Shown here: piece by piece, positions 24,948 through 37,321 of the stretch | How positions within the stretch are numbered: position 1 is the stretch's first letter | Layout of the letters: every line of letters begins with the position of its first letter | From: Ramazzottius varieornatus | Taxonomy: Eukaryota; Animalia; Tardigrada | Length of the DNA stretch: 64,000 nucleotides | Assembly (NCBI GenBank): GCA_001949185.1 | Contig: BDGG01000023.1 | Span: 186,001-250,000 of the forward strand | Reading direction: 5' to 3' | Notes under the pieces: generated by a model | Databases searched by the model: none | The model's input: only the letters and a program-made list of their open reading frames with translations | Told to the model about the DNA's origin: nothing | Program-made: the position numbers and the translations under genes

Positions 24948-27036
24948 ATGGAGACCTATGGTACAGAAGAGCTGGAGAAACTTTTTTTGCGAGCTGAGGG
25001 GATCGCTCCAGATGGTGCAGATGGTGCAGCTGTTGTCAGGTAGGACTATCTGTTGGGATTCGTCTAAGAATGCTAGCGCTTCTTGCGTGCTTTGTCTTGA
25101 CCTGTCTGTCTTGTTTCTTGCAGAGTATGTTCACTCGACTGTCGAGTTCAGAGCAGAGGAAGAAAGCAGCCATAAAGATGATCACACCAGCCAAAGATGT
25201 CAGAACCTAAACCGGGCGGTAAGAATTCAACCGCTCCATACTCTATTTGCTTCATTGAGGCGTGTTAACGAACAATGTTTCTTCCCGTATAGGTGGAAGA
25301 CGTTTCTGTGCCTGCTGGGCTGCTCGAGGGTCTTGAGGAGGAAGAAGAAGGTAAGTCCCAGCGTGCAGACTTGTTTCTAGATCGTGCTTGCCTTCTGTCC
25401 GGTCGATCCACAATACGGTTTTGATTTTTGATTGTGCCTAAATTTTCGGCGTATCCTTGACCGGGCCGTGCGTCAAGCCCTTCCTTGCCGTTTCATACTC
25501 CAATCTTGGTTTCTCTCCTGCAGGCCAAGTATTGCTGGTCAGAGACTAGTAGCCGAAGGCAAGAACTGACGCAGATAGACGAGAATGGGACGGAGTGGTG
25601 AAGGGTGGAATCTGCCGTCGAGCGCCTCATGAGACTTTCATCCGGTAAAGAGATCGGTGAAGATCGGTGTGGTCGGTGCTGAGGGGGTGTCCCCGATGAA
25701 GTTTTGCCTTTAGTATGATCTGGTAACTCTCTTCCTGTTGTTTTGAAGTGACTGGATCCGTCTGACACTGAGACGGGAATTTCTCGGTGGAAAAAAGTCC
25801 TCCCTGCTGATTGTCGTTGTTGAAGTACTTTTCTAACAGTAACAACCTCTTCCTTCGAAAGTTGTTTGTTTTTTGCGGTCTGCGCTGGCGTGTTAACGGA
25901 TTTCACCTATGTCCGTACCACGGCCATGTCTCGGATGAAAAAGTCCAATCCTTGTAACACAAGCGGCCAGTTTGCTCACGCGAATCATCAGTGTCCAATG
26001 AGGGGTGAGTTCTCGGCTTGGAACGACGACTTTCCCGACCATCGAGTTCTACCGCCGCGCGGACCTTCTTCATGTTCTGGAATCCACCAGGTAAGTCACC
26101 GGCGCTGAAGCGACTGATGGTTCACTCTTGAAACCGTAATGTAATTTTTCACGTCGTGTTGTACCGTAGACTTTCCATGTGGAGGTCGGCAACGTGTTTT
26201 GGCCTGTCTCTTCGCTTTCCCCATGAAATAATTCTGGACTTGAGACGATTACCTTCGCTGTGGAACAAAATTGTACATATCCGACTATTTCGTCAAATCA
26301 TTACCTGTTTCGGGTTTCGCGATCGAATGCGATTTACAGGGTGAGAGAACTTAGCAGCACGAAGTTTTCTTCCGTCCGGTACATGGCATCAGCTTGTTCT
26401 CGCAGAGTATCTCGCGCATGGAAGATAGCTGACGACAGTCGGGACAGCAAGAAAGGTTTCTCCGTACTGTGCGAAAGCGTTAGCCCTCTTAAGTACCTGC
26501 CGGAAAGCCCCATGGATCACTTGGTACTTCACTGTGGAATCACCGATGTGTGCTCGGCCAAAAACGCAGCGGTCTCCGGAAAGTTTACCTGTTTCGGGAG
26601 TCGCCAACGCTGTCGCAATTTGAAGACTTTTCTACTGGCGAACCCTAAGATCACAACATTAACCCTGGCCAACTGCAACATGGAGGATGTTGGGGAGACA
26701 AACCAGCTGACCATCGCTGTTCGGTGTCCCGAAGAAGACTTCTGGTCAATGATCAAGTCAATTAAGTTCTACAACAGTACCTTGACCATCTCCCGTCTGG
26801 CTCCGACCGTATCGTGGGACTGGACTATCCCACTTCCAAACGGGAAAAAATCTGCGTTCCTTGGTGGACCTTTGTGCATAACACTTCGCCGCAGAGCATT
26901 CTGTGCGGCTCTGCAAGAATTTGGATGCAGATGGTCATATCAGGATGAACAGATGGGCTGGTTGAAGAGGAGATTGACAGTAATTAGGGACGAACAAAAA
27001 AAAGAGATACTCGGGTATTTACGCACCAATGCGTAA
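24948..27036 (+). pseudogene. Possible decayed multi-exon gene of unknown family
   Basis: Run of short exon-like blocks with good splice sites (24948-25040, 25124-25218, 25293-25350, 25524 onward) whose frames do not join without stops, followed by a 258-codon ORF (26260-27036). No recognisable domain. Confidence 0.25.
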
Positions 27037-28786
27037 GTTTTTCCCGTGTTGAATGTCAGCAGTTACTGTAGTGCAGCGTTTTAAAGAATCTTAAGTTTTG
27101 TTTGCAGGTTCCGACCACAAGATGACATTACGCTGGCTTTGCACACTCCGCTGGAGTTTGAAGGGTTCTTCCTCAACACTGTTGACTGTGCTCTTATCGC
27201 GCATTACTTTGCGTTCATCCCTATCTTGTGCTAGCACCATCCGGACATCTTCACGCCACCTGTCAGTCTTACTCCTCCACCTTACAAACTGTTGGGAAAC
27301 TTTTCCTCGTGACAGAATATTACTGAAACAGCTTTACTAAAACTGCATTACTGAAACAGCTAGCCAGACATCCGCATTGAAGTGCCGAAGGCAAAATTGT
27401 ACTGCAATGCTTCATGAACTTCGCGAAGTGACATCACAGTACGCGTAGGGTTCAAGGCTATGATGACGCATACAGCATCATAGCCTTGAACCCTTTGTTA
27501 CTTGCTTCAAGAAGGAATATGTTGCTTCGTCGCGTTTGAAATTGGCGGTCATTTTGGTGAAGCAAACACAAAGTTTGTTTCCTAAACTGCATATATGGCA
27601 GCGGTGTTTGATCCAAGTCTTTCGATCGTGCAGTAGAACACAGATGTGCTCGTACCTGCAAAAACTCTGTCCTGTGAAAGGAGGAGAATGACCTAGGGTA
27701 CGCGAAAAAACATACTCAGTACATGATAAACTCATCCATCGATCTCCCCTCTCTTCTCGAGTACGTGCTCACCGTTTCTGTGATTCAATTTGCCGAAACC
27801 AGGTAGGAGTTGGCGCTTCCATCACCATACTCTGTTGACTGATAATTTGTAGTTAGAACAACCGTCACGATACGTGAATGGAAACGAAACGTGAGTGAAT
27901 ACCGAGCGCACCAATTTGCCAAATTGGCTGGTACTATGGTGAGCACTCGGTCTTCAAGAACAGTGCCCTCAAAGAAGGAAGTGCGTACATCATCACGTTA
28001 CAGAGGCTAACAGTAAAGTTTATCTTCGCATATCGACCACCTCACTTTTGTTTTATCAGGAGAAAATATGCAGACTGAATGTTGGTCTCTTCTTTTGAAA
28101 ACCCGTTTTGGCAGATGGCCGCGCTTCTGGCCACATCAGGCTTGGCTTGCCCTTGTGAATGGATTAGGGTTTTGTATGGAGCCATTTTGCGGATCAGAGC
28201 GGTGGTGGATGGAACACTGTGTTGATAGAATCTTCAGAAAACGAGGCCCACATATATTCCGATTTTACACCGCACTTCAAGGCCTAAACATCCATTTGGA
28301 GCTTACTCTTCTCGCGCAGCGCTGACACCGGTAAGAACAACAGAATTAGACAATCAAAGTTTCTCATTCTATCCTTTTTCCCGTTTGCTTATTATCTTGC
28401 ATGGGTGCTGCTAGATGAAACCGGCAAACATGGGTACGAACCCTAAACATTTCAGCACCTTTTCATGGTGGGGTATTCTACATATATCCGTGCACCAAGG
28501 GATTCGTCCGGTAGAAAAGATTTGTTGAATACTTGGTCACACTGTAATGGCCGGAGAGACTGCACACAAACTGTGGGCCAGGAAATGAAATCTGGTCTTT
28601 TGAGGCAGTGTCAATGCACAATGAAAATTTTTATCGATTTCACTCCTTCGTTCATATGAAGTTCGAATTGCGAGTTCGAGGTTCAGCCTAATTCACCCAA
28701 AGAATTGAGGAAATGAAATAAGGAAAGTGGACTGGGGAAACACGAAGGAATCAGGAGTCATGAGCACCTCTGCCACGCCGTTGAAA

Positions 28787-28905
28787 TGAGACGTCGGCAA
28801 ATAAACTGAACATGATCGTCACCCAAGTGGCGCACCATGTCATTGTGATTGGCTGGAAAAGCACGCCAGTTGGGGAAAATGTCATGTTGAAGCTGTTTGC
28901 CTATC
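28787..28905. repeat. Palindromic N25 motif-pair family copy (intergenic)
   Basis: tgagacgtcggcaaataaactgaacatgatc..ccaagtggcgcac-25 nt-gcacgccagttgg; the left arm is nearly identical to the 13467 copy. Confidence 0.8.
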
Positions 28906-29078
28906 CCGAAATTAGGCATTGATATCAACACGACCCGACGAGTGAACTTCGTCTGGATGTACTGCTCCAGAAGCTAGCAGGCTAGCTAAACCCAGTACCG
29001 GAAACGTTCTTGGTGGCGGTCTTGGATATCGCGACAGTCATGCTTTGTGCACTTCGATCACTTTGTCAAGTTCAGTTA

Positions 29079-30581
29079 CACTGTCTTATAGAAGGCTCGG
29101 CGAAGCTAAAATAAGCCGCTTTAGCCGTTCTTAGCCGTGGCTAAAAATACTTTAGCCGCGGCTAAAGCAGCTAAAATACTTTTAGCAACGGCTAAAACGT
29201 ATTGTGCGTNNNNNNNNNNNNNNNNNNNNNNNNNNNNNNNNNNNNNNNNNNNNNNNNNNNNNNNNNNNNNNNNNNNNNNNNNNNNNNNNNNNNNNNNNNN
29301 NNNNNNNNNNNNNNNNNNNNNNNNNNNNNNNNNNNNNNNNNNNNNNNNNNNNNNNNNNNNNNNNNNNNNNNNNNNNNNNNNNNNNNNNNNNNNNNNNNNN
29401 NNNNNNNNNNNNNNNNNNNNNNNNNNNNNNNNNNNNNNNNNNNNNNNNNNNNACTTTTGGTTTATTGCAGGTGTTTGACAACCTTCTTTTATTGGAAGAC
29501 TTGGTTCTCTCCCAATAGCCCATACTTCTTGGTTGATCGGCTAATCCCCTCATGATATCATTGTATCCAACCATCCTGCAATAACATTCGAACGCACAAT
29601 ACATTTAGCCGTGGCTAAAAGTATTTCAGCTGCTTTAGCCGCGGCTAAAGTATTTTTAGCCACGGCTAAGAACGGCTAAAACGGCTTATTGTAGCTTCGC
29701 CGAGCCTTCTGTACACTGTCTCTCATACGTATTCGTGCACCCCACACCCCCATTCGAGAATTCATAACTTCTGTCGCACTAATCCGATTTTGCTGATTCA
29801 GACGTCTTTGTACAGCTCAGGAATTCGTCTCCACGATCACGTGGCTTTGGTCTAACCCATCGAAAAATCAACTGATGGTGCTCAGTCTATGAACCCTAAA
29901 TACTACCATGTTTTCGGCACCGTTTTTCAAAGCCAGCCAGTAGCCAGTAGGCCCAGTACAACGTGCTTGTATCGTAACGCAGGATCAACATTGAGCTTTC
30001 GAACGGGCCCATGTGAGAATTTCTCGTGACTGCGGAAAGAGTTTTGCTAACATACCCACCAGGAAGGATTCTCGGTTCTCAGGTGATGAACATCCCTGAC
30101 GCCCTGTCTTCGACATTCTGACTGCCAAGTTGCGTTCAAATGGTGGCCTCCGTCATGAGAACCAACAACCTGTATCGTGTGGTCCATTCGGTTGGCTCAG
30201 ACGGAATATATCAAAAAAATTTTAAGATGCAGCGTGTTTTACGCGCCAAAACCCCCAAACCGACATGTTAGCAAAACTTATACTGCAGAGTCCCGTGAAA
30301 TTCCCACATAGGCTTGTTCGAAAGCTCGATATTGATGCTACGTTACGATATAAGCACGCCGTACTAGCTACTGGCTGGCTTCGACAGAACGGTGACGAAA
30401 ACATGGTAGTTTTTAGGGCTCATAGATTGAGCACCCTCAGCTGATTTTTTGATGGGGTTGATTTTTTGAAGCCACGTAGTCGTTGACTCGAATGCCTGAG
30501 CTGTACAAAGACGTTTGAACTAGCAAAATCGCATTAGTGCGACGGAGGTACGGGGTGCACGAATATCCATGAGAGCCTGTG
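29079..30581. mobile_element. Long-TIR (about 330 bp arms) TA-flanked foldback/Tc1-like non-autonomous element, interrupted 8 bp inside its left end
   Basis: 29714-30055 is the imperfect reverse complement of about 30260-30581; termini TA|CACTGTCTCTCAT and ATGAGAGCCTGTG|TA. Confidence 0.8.
29087..29713. mobile_element. Young TIR element (about 123-bp near-perfect arms) with 8-bp TSD, spanning an assembly gap and carrying a duplicated fragment
   Basis: Arms TATAGAAGGCTCGGCGAAGCT.. / ..AGCTTCGCCGAGCCTTCTGTA built of TTAGCC/GGCTAA repeats; TSD cactgtct at 29079-29086 and 29714-29721. Confidence 0.8.
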
Positions 30582-31474
30582 TAGCTCAGTCGGCTTTAAC
30601 CTGAACTAATATCCCTGTGTGATCATCCGCCACCGAGGGTGAAAAAGCTGAATCGGGAAACCCCAAACAAGGATTACAGCTTCATGCGAACAGCATACCG
30701 TGCGTGACCAATAGGAGATCATTAAAAAGCGGATTACCTTCGTTATCAGTCTTGACATATGGTTCGTAATGGATGTGCTCGAAGAAACGAGATACGACGC
30801 GCCTTTTTTGATATAACTGTTACTCGCGTAATGATTTCGTGCTATATAAAGGCTTTTACCAGCAATTGTCTCCTCTACCGCAGCCACTTCGGTATCATCT
30901 GCGAAATCTTCATGAATTATTCTGAATGACCCGTTGCGTCACCGAAAGCCTTCTTTATACAGTAACTTTACTAATTTTGTACTGCTCCGAAATCAAACGT
31001 CAATCGAACAGTCTCTACCACATAAACAGTAGTACGAAAGACTGTTGTTCTGACAGAACGTTGTACTTGTCTTCATACAGTGAGTACTCTATTTCGATAA
31101 ACTTGGTCACGATATTTTCATTGATAGGTTATTGAATAGCTACTTTTGGTTTATTGCAGGTGTTTGACAACCTTCTTTTATTGGAAGACTTGGTTCTCTC
31201 CCAATAATCCATACTTCGTGGTTGATCGGCTAATCCCCTCATGATATCACTGTATCCAATCATCCTGCAATAACTTCTCGGATAGTTCAGATCAGCACCT
31301 CGAGCAAGAACTATTTCTTTGACCCTACTTCCTAAGTGAGCTGGTACCTGACGTCAATCTACCATCGGAGAGCCCAGTATCAGGTGGTTCCATTTCCGGA
31401 TAGCCCGCAAGATACTCGTCGAAAGAAAGGCCCGATCTTGCCACCTGAGCCTTCTCTGCACATCCCACACGGAT

Positions 31475-32912
31475 ATGGAGTCGAATAACATCTCGCACTT
31501 GGTTCTCCAGTCATTCCACAACCTTTCTCAGTGGAACATGACGAACCATACTTACCACATCCACGAAGTCAGCGTCAGCTCCATGGTTATCGGAGCCCTC
31601 GCCGGAATGATTGCCGCTTTCACCCTGATCCTCAACTCAACCATCCTAATCGTCTTTGCCATCGACTCCCACATTCGTACTCCCTTCAACATCTACATTC
31701 TAAACTTGACCTTTCAGGACTGGACCATCGCGGCATTCAGTATGACCGGCTTCGTCGCTCTAGCGGTATCTCCCGGGTGGCCGTGGGGATGGGCGTACTG
31801 TGGAGTATTCCTCTACTTGGACTGGGCGACCTCGGCTTGCGGACTGTACAGTGTAGCTTTGATCAGCCTGGATCGGTTATGGGCGCTCTTCTGGCCCATC
31901 CATTACCGCCAACGTCGCAACGGAGCACGCACCAGCGCCCTCATCTGTCTGGGTACTTGGACGTACATCCAAGTGGTCATTGCACCGTGTATCGCAATGG
32001 ACCGCTTCCTTTACGGTTTCAGGGACCCGCGCATCTGCGCAGCCAACCAGAACGCCCAACCGATGTACAACTCTATCCTTGGGTTCTCCATGTACATGAT
32101 TCCTTTGATGATCGTCTTTTTCTCCTACACGGGTATCACGATCAAGTTGAGGAAACGGAAGAAACCGAAAGCCAAGGTCAGTCCGCTGGACCTTGAGGCA
32201 CCACGGACTGTAGGGACGGATACTGGACCGAGTTCGCATACTCACAACCACAGCACAAGGTGATGCTCGTGCCCTCGTATTTCCACGACAATCAGTTATA
32301 CGTACAGATTGTGGTGATGGGAATTCTATATGTGGGACATCGTCAACTGGTTTGAACCAGATCGTTCTCCTGAGTGGCGCATACCCCTGGCCAATACCAA
32401 CGAAAATGGGCGCCGCGAGAGATAACGATCGGAACCAGATCGCCTTTTCGAGTCGCGCACTTTTAGAGCTGATAACAATGGGAATATGCGCCACGTAGGA
32501 TTTTAATGAATTGAGTCCATTTCGCACACATTCCATATAGCCACAATAGTTAATCTTGTTGTTTAGTTCGGACCTGCACCATGATCAAAAAGCCAAGGAT
32601 AAGAAAGCCCGTAAAGCTTCGCCTGTTCCCACCGCCGCCACTACCCGTTCGAAAGAAGAGAAAGAGATGAAGAAACGCGAGCAGCGATTGTTCCGCAGCC
32701 TATTGACGTTGTCGCTGGTGGGCTTGATCTGCTGGTCGCCGGGAATCTTCTATTACATGGTTTCCTCCATCGCGCCAGCCATATTTAGTGAAACGTTCTT
32801 CAACCTGGTCGTACTGCTTCGATTCGTCAGCTGCGGGATCAACCCCATTGTGTACCACTTCAGCTTACCGGATGTCCGCAAAGCTGTTGAAAAGCTCTTC
32901 AGGATCGGCTAG
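31475..32912 (+). CDS. Class A (rhodopsin-like) GPCR, aminergic-like (histamine/muscarinic-related orphan), 2 exons
   Basis: Exons 31475-32259 and 32567-32912 join in phase 2. Seven hydrophobic segments, N-glycosylation sequons, WPWG..C3.25, Asp3.32 (LYLDW), SLDR, CWSP, NPIVY. Confidence 0.9.
32333..32530. repeat. Palindromic N25 motif-pair family copy (dimer), GPCR intron
   Basis: Two degenerate units (gagtggcgcat-25 nt-gggcgccgc; gagtcgcgcac-25 nt-atgcgccacgt) after the arm tgggacatcgtcaactggtttgaaccagatcg. Confidence 0.7.
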
Positions 32913-33099
32913 ATTCGTCCCTTTTATATCATCTACCAAGCTTGAATTATGCTGCGTGCTGGTTTGCGCAGGTTCAAGCTTCCTGTACAGAGCCCCCCTT
33001 TTTTTCCGGAAAAGCCGTTGTTCCGACGGAACATAGATAGATTCTTTGGGCGATATTCGGTTGTTGCGATTTACCTTTCTATGAAATATTGCTTTTACC

Positions 33100-33643
33100 T
33101 AGACCTGAGAAAAGTGTGATTAAGTGTGGTGTGGTGTTTTTCGGTTCGGTGCTTCTCCACACCGAAACTGGTTTTTCGGTGCGAAAGCCACACCACTTTT
33201 TCCGGTGTGGTGTGGATCGGACACCAGTCTTTCGGTGCACCACACCAAACCAAATCGAAAAACCGAAAAAAGTTTCAAAGAGCGAATTCACAATTTATTA
33301 ATCCGTCAATGGACCGTCATCGACAAATCGAACTGCGCTGTAGGAAGAAAACATTCCACACAGGTAAATTTTCGCAGCTTAAACAATCAACAGTTAGTCG
33401 AATTACGGGGCGAAACAGCGAGTTTGCGATACTCATCTAGCCCAAGCTAGCTGACTAGCTCATTAAATCTGGTGCACCAAAAGTTTTTCGGTTTGGTGTG
33501 ATGTGGTGTTCCTAGACACCGAAACGGCAAATTCGATGTGACTCGGACACCAATTTTTCGATTTGGTGTTTCAAGCGCACCGAAACCAAAAAGAGTGGTT
33601 TTTTTCGGTGTGGTGTGGTGAAACCACACCATCCTCAGGTCTA
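33100..33643. mobile_element. hAT-type MITE (544 bp)
   Basis: TIRs TAGACCTGAG/CTCAGGTCTA and exact 8-bp TSD cttttacc; many subterminal GGTGTGGTG, CACCGAAAC and TTTCGGT repeats. Confidence 0.88.
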
Positions 33644-34361
33644 CTTTTACCGTATGTGTCATGTAGTTGTGAGCGATGTTTTGTAAGACAAACTGTACTG
33701 CACGTCTGTGCGCCTTCTAGGTAAAGTGGAGGATTTCAACGTGACAGACATCGATCAGCCATGAGAGTTTAGGGTTCGTTCATGAACGATCAATCATTTT
33801 ACGTCCCGATATCAAATACGGACTTCCTTGTATGCTCGAGGCCAAGATTACCTTTTTATCCATGACTTTCGAGTAAAAAGTTGCCACATTGCAACCAACC
33901 AACAACTGTCAAGAAACTGTATCCGATAATTGCAAACCTTTGACGTTTCAATTGATTAATCCAATAACGTTCAATGGACCCAGGCAACGATCTCAAAAGG
34001 GAGCAATTTCTTCCCTGACTGCTGAAACATCTTGAAGGCCGAAGTGGGTAAATGTTTTCTTGATAAGTCTATCGGCTGACAGGTTTATACCTCTCGGCGG
34101 TAACAGGAAGCTAATTACAAAAAATAGTCACAAGGTGTTAGAGACCTCACTAATCCCTAAGTAGCAACACTTGCACTGTTTTGACGCATTGTCATCACCG
34201 ATGACCAGTGGAACATAATGAAATTTCGCCAGACATGTTTCCGTACATTTTATCGAGCAAGACTATTTCTCTCGGTTCTCTCGAGTTTGATTAGCCCTTA
34301 TTTTGAGACAGAAATTATTCGTCTTACTACGCATAGTTTCTACCACGTCGTAGTCTTCGCG

Positions 34362-36900
34362 ATGTCTACTATGAGGCCACGAAAGTTCAGCCTAATGGAG
34401 CTGCAAGTTCTTCCGCCGGAGAAAGGCCGGCGTTCCTCATCTGCCCAGTATCTGCCATCTCCCGAGTCCATTGAACGATCGAAAAACGCTGCTCGAAGAC
34501 TGTCAGCATCGATCAGTGAATCGGCCATTACGGCTCTACGCCGAACGTCGTTAACCGTTCGGAACAACGTATCCATTATCCTCCTCCCGACGATCGATGA
34601 AGTATTTGAGCGGGAACGCACTGAACTTCACGACGCCGATGATTTGTTACGGCTGTTGGGAAACCCGGGTCGTTTCCAGCTCATACAGTACATGTTACTT
34701 TGTCTGCAGTTCCTGGCGTACATGAGCGACTTCTCACCGGTATTCTTCAACCTGCAACCGCTCGGAATTACTTATCCGAATCGTAGCCTGCTGGACGATG
34801 GCGGTGAACAAGAGTTCGGTGGGAATACCACAGTAATGTTTGTCCCGTTCGCCCAGCTGAAATCCGCGAGGTCGTGCCAGGGATTTGGACTGGACAGCAG
34901 TAACCTCCCACTCGGTCTCCAATACGTCTACCCGGTTGCTGGACAAAGATCAATCATTGCCGATGTAAGTCCGAAAACCACTCTAAACCTGAAAACGACA
35001 ATAAAATGGATATACTGTAATGTGGTTTCATTCCTGTCTAATGTAGATGAACCTTATCTGTGGAAGAATGTGGATACCCAGTTTCGGTACCGTGATTTAT
35101 TTTCTGGGTAATAAAGTGCTTTTGCACTTGTGGTTAAAAAATACGAGGATCTGGTCCTGACTTTGCCCGCGGCTAAAACTTTGCCCACATACGTCACGAG
35201 CCACTCACAGGCATTTTAAGCTGGTGAAATATGCGGACGAAGTTAGAACCAGATCTTCGTACGTGATCAGTCTTGCAGACTCTTGCGGTAATTCGCCAAA
35301 CCTTATATTTATAGGACATATTCTAATCAGTCCGTTCACCGGTTGGGTAGCAGATTCCTATGGACGGAGACCTCTGTTACTCGGTTCGAACCTGATGTGC
35401 ACACTCTTGTGCATCGGTATCGTCTTTTCGAGAGACCATATCTCCTACCTGATACTTCGGTTCTTCCATGGAGTCTTCAGACAGGTACCGGTGGTTGACG
35501 GCAGCATTACCTTCGTCTGTTTTGACGGCCTTGGGTAAATTAAGTGTTCGAAAAAGCGTTTACTACTTACTGTCTTTTGTAGGGCATGAACAGCGCCTTC
35601 TGGGTATTGATCATGGAATGGGCGCCACCACAACGTCGCGCCACCTGGGCGACCTCAGCCTGGATGTTCTTCGCTTTCACCCTCGTCATCGAAGGTGTCG
35701 CTGCTTTGCTATTACCCAACTGGCACCATCTACAGATATTCATCACATGTGCCAATGTCTTCGCTGTACCTCTGATATGGTTTGCACCAGAGTCCTTGAA
35801 GTGGCTGCTGCTGAGGAACCGGCCACAAGAAATACTGCAGATCTGCCAACAAATCGCGAAATTCAACAGAATCAACGACCTGCCAGCTGATCTGGGAGAT
35901 ACACTGGACAAAATGGCGAAGAAGTACGATGAAACTCAAAGAAAGGTTGGGAATTATACGCTGGCGGACTGCTTCCGGACACCGTATATCCGTATGGCTA
36001 CGTTCTTATGCTACTCCATCAGGTGTGGCTTGAATTCTATTTTCTACGTTCAACGTTTCTCTTGCTGAGCTTTTGCCTTTTTGCAGCCTGACGAATACGC
36101 TAGCTTATTTTGCCATGACGTTGATCCTCAGCGAAATCTTCGGAGATGTGTACATCAACTTCATCGTTAGTGGCGTTCTGGAGTTTGTACCGCGTATTGT
36201 GGCCTTGGGCTGTACATTCAGGTATACTTTGTCATCGAGTCAAATGCTGGGAAAAACCCTAGGCGTATACTCGTGAGAAATTTTGTTCTCTGCTTGTTCG
36301 ACTTTGTTCTTGTAGGCTAACGAATCGAACAGCTTTCGCTATTTGTGTTCTGATCTCCTCAGTACTGACGGTCGTTTCTGGATTGATCCCGATTGTTCCG
36401 GTAGCTGCAGCCATCACACAAACTGTGTTCGTACAAATTGCGCGCATGTGTCTGAGCGGCGCAGCCTCGCTAAATTACGCGATGACTTCCGAGCTGTACC
36501 CAACCGTTATCCGGAACCTGGGATACAGTGTCATGTCGGTGGGACTACGAACTGGCTTCATGCTAGCACCTGCTGTTGCTGCATTGGTTTGTCCAGGGAA
36601 CTAATAGCCTGCTAGTCGACAGGACGGTTTAGAAGGTTGTTCTTGCAGGGAACGGAGACATCCTTCCATGGCGGTTCACTACTCTTGATGGGATTCTTGG
36701 CCTTGCTGTCTGCCATCGGGATATTCATATTACCTGAAACAACGGCGATGAAATTGTTGGCAACTGTGGAAGAAGCGGAAGCCTTCGGTGCAGAAAACTC
36801 GATCAGGAAGCGTATGAGGTCGAGCGTTTTCTTCCGAAAACTAGTACGCAGCAAAAGCCTGACAGGCAAAACGTTGGAAGGGATGGATAGATCAAGCTGA
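34362..36900 (+). CDS. SLC22 organic cation/anion transporter family (Orct-like MFS), 7 exons
   Basis: Exons 34362-34964, 35047-35107, 35315-35484, 35583-36022, 36087-36221, 36316-36586, 36649-36900. Motifs LGNPGRFQ, SIIADMNLIC, ADSYGRR, PESLKWL, SELYPTVIR, LPET. Confidence 0.9.
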
Positions 36901-36976
36901 CCGTTGTCTATATGTCCACCAACGTACCAAATTTGGATGTGTGCCACACGTGTACACAAATAAGTCGAAGAGTTCT

Positions 36977-37321
36977 TTATAAAATATATGGTGCACACGC
37001 TGCTGCTTTGTTCGCTATTTCCATGATGCGCTGCATCAGGTACCGCAAGAATTCACCGACACGTAGTTCGGGCTTATCGAACACTGTGCCTAGCGCTTGA
37101 GGTGCGTGCAATCGTACAATGCGGTCTGTTCGGCGTGTTGGGCGTATTGGGCATGTCCACGAAGAAACTGTCTGTTCGCGAAAGTCTCCGACTTCTAGAC
37201 ATCCCATATGGAAAACATGACCACACGGTAGTAAGTTCAGCCCGGCCAACCACCACCAGAGAAGAACTATCGCTCGAAGACCGAGAAAAAGAACTTCATA
37301 TGACATGACAGCTAACGCCAT
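36977..37321 (-). pseudogene. RING-H2 finger remnant
   Basis: LLPCGHVFHMGCL..WTCPI matches the RING-H2 core, but the N-terminal CxxC and the last Cys are missing. Confidence 0.4.

Noticed and set aside
29137-29604. ORFs containing X runs
   Set aside because: Artefacts of translating across the N gap.
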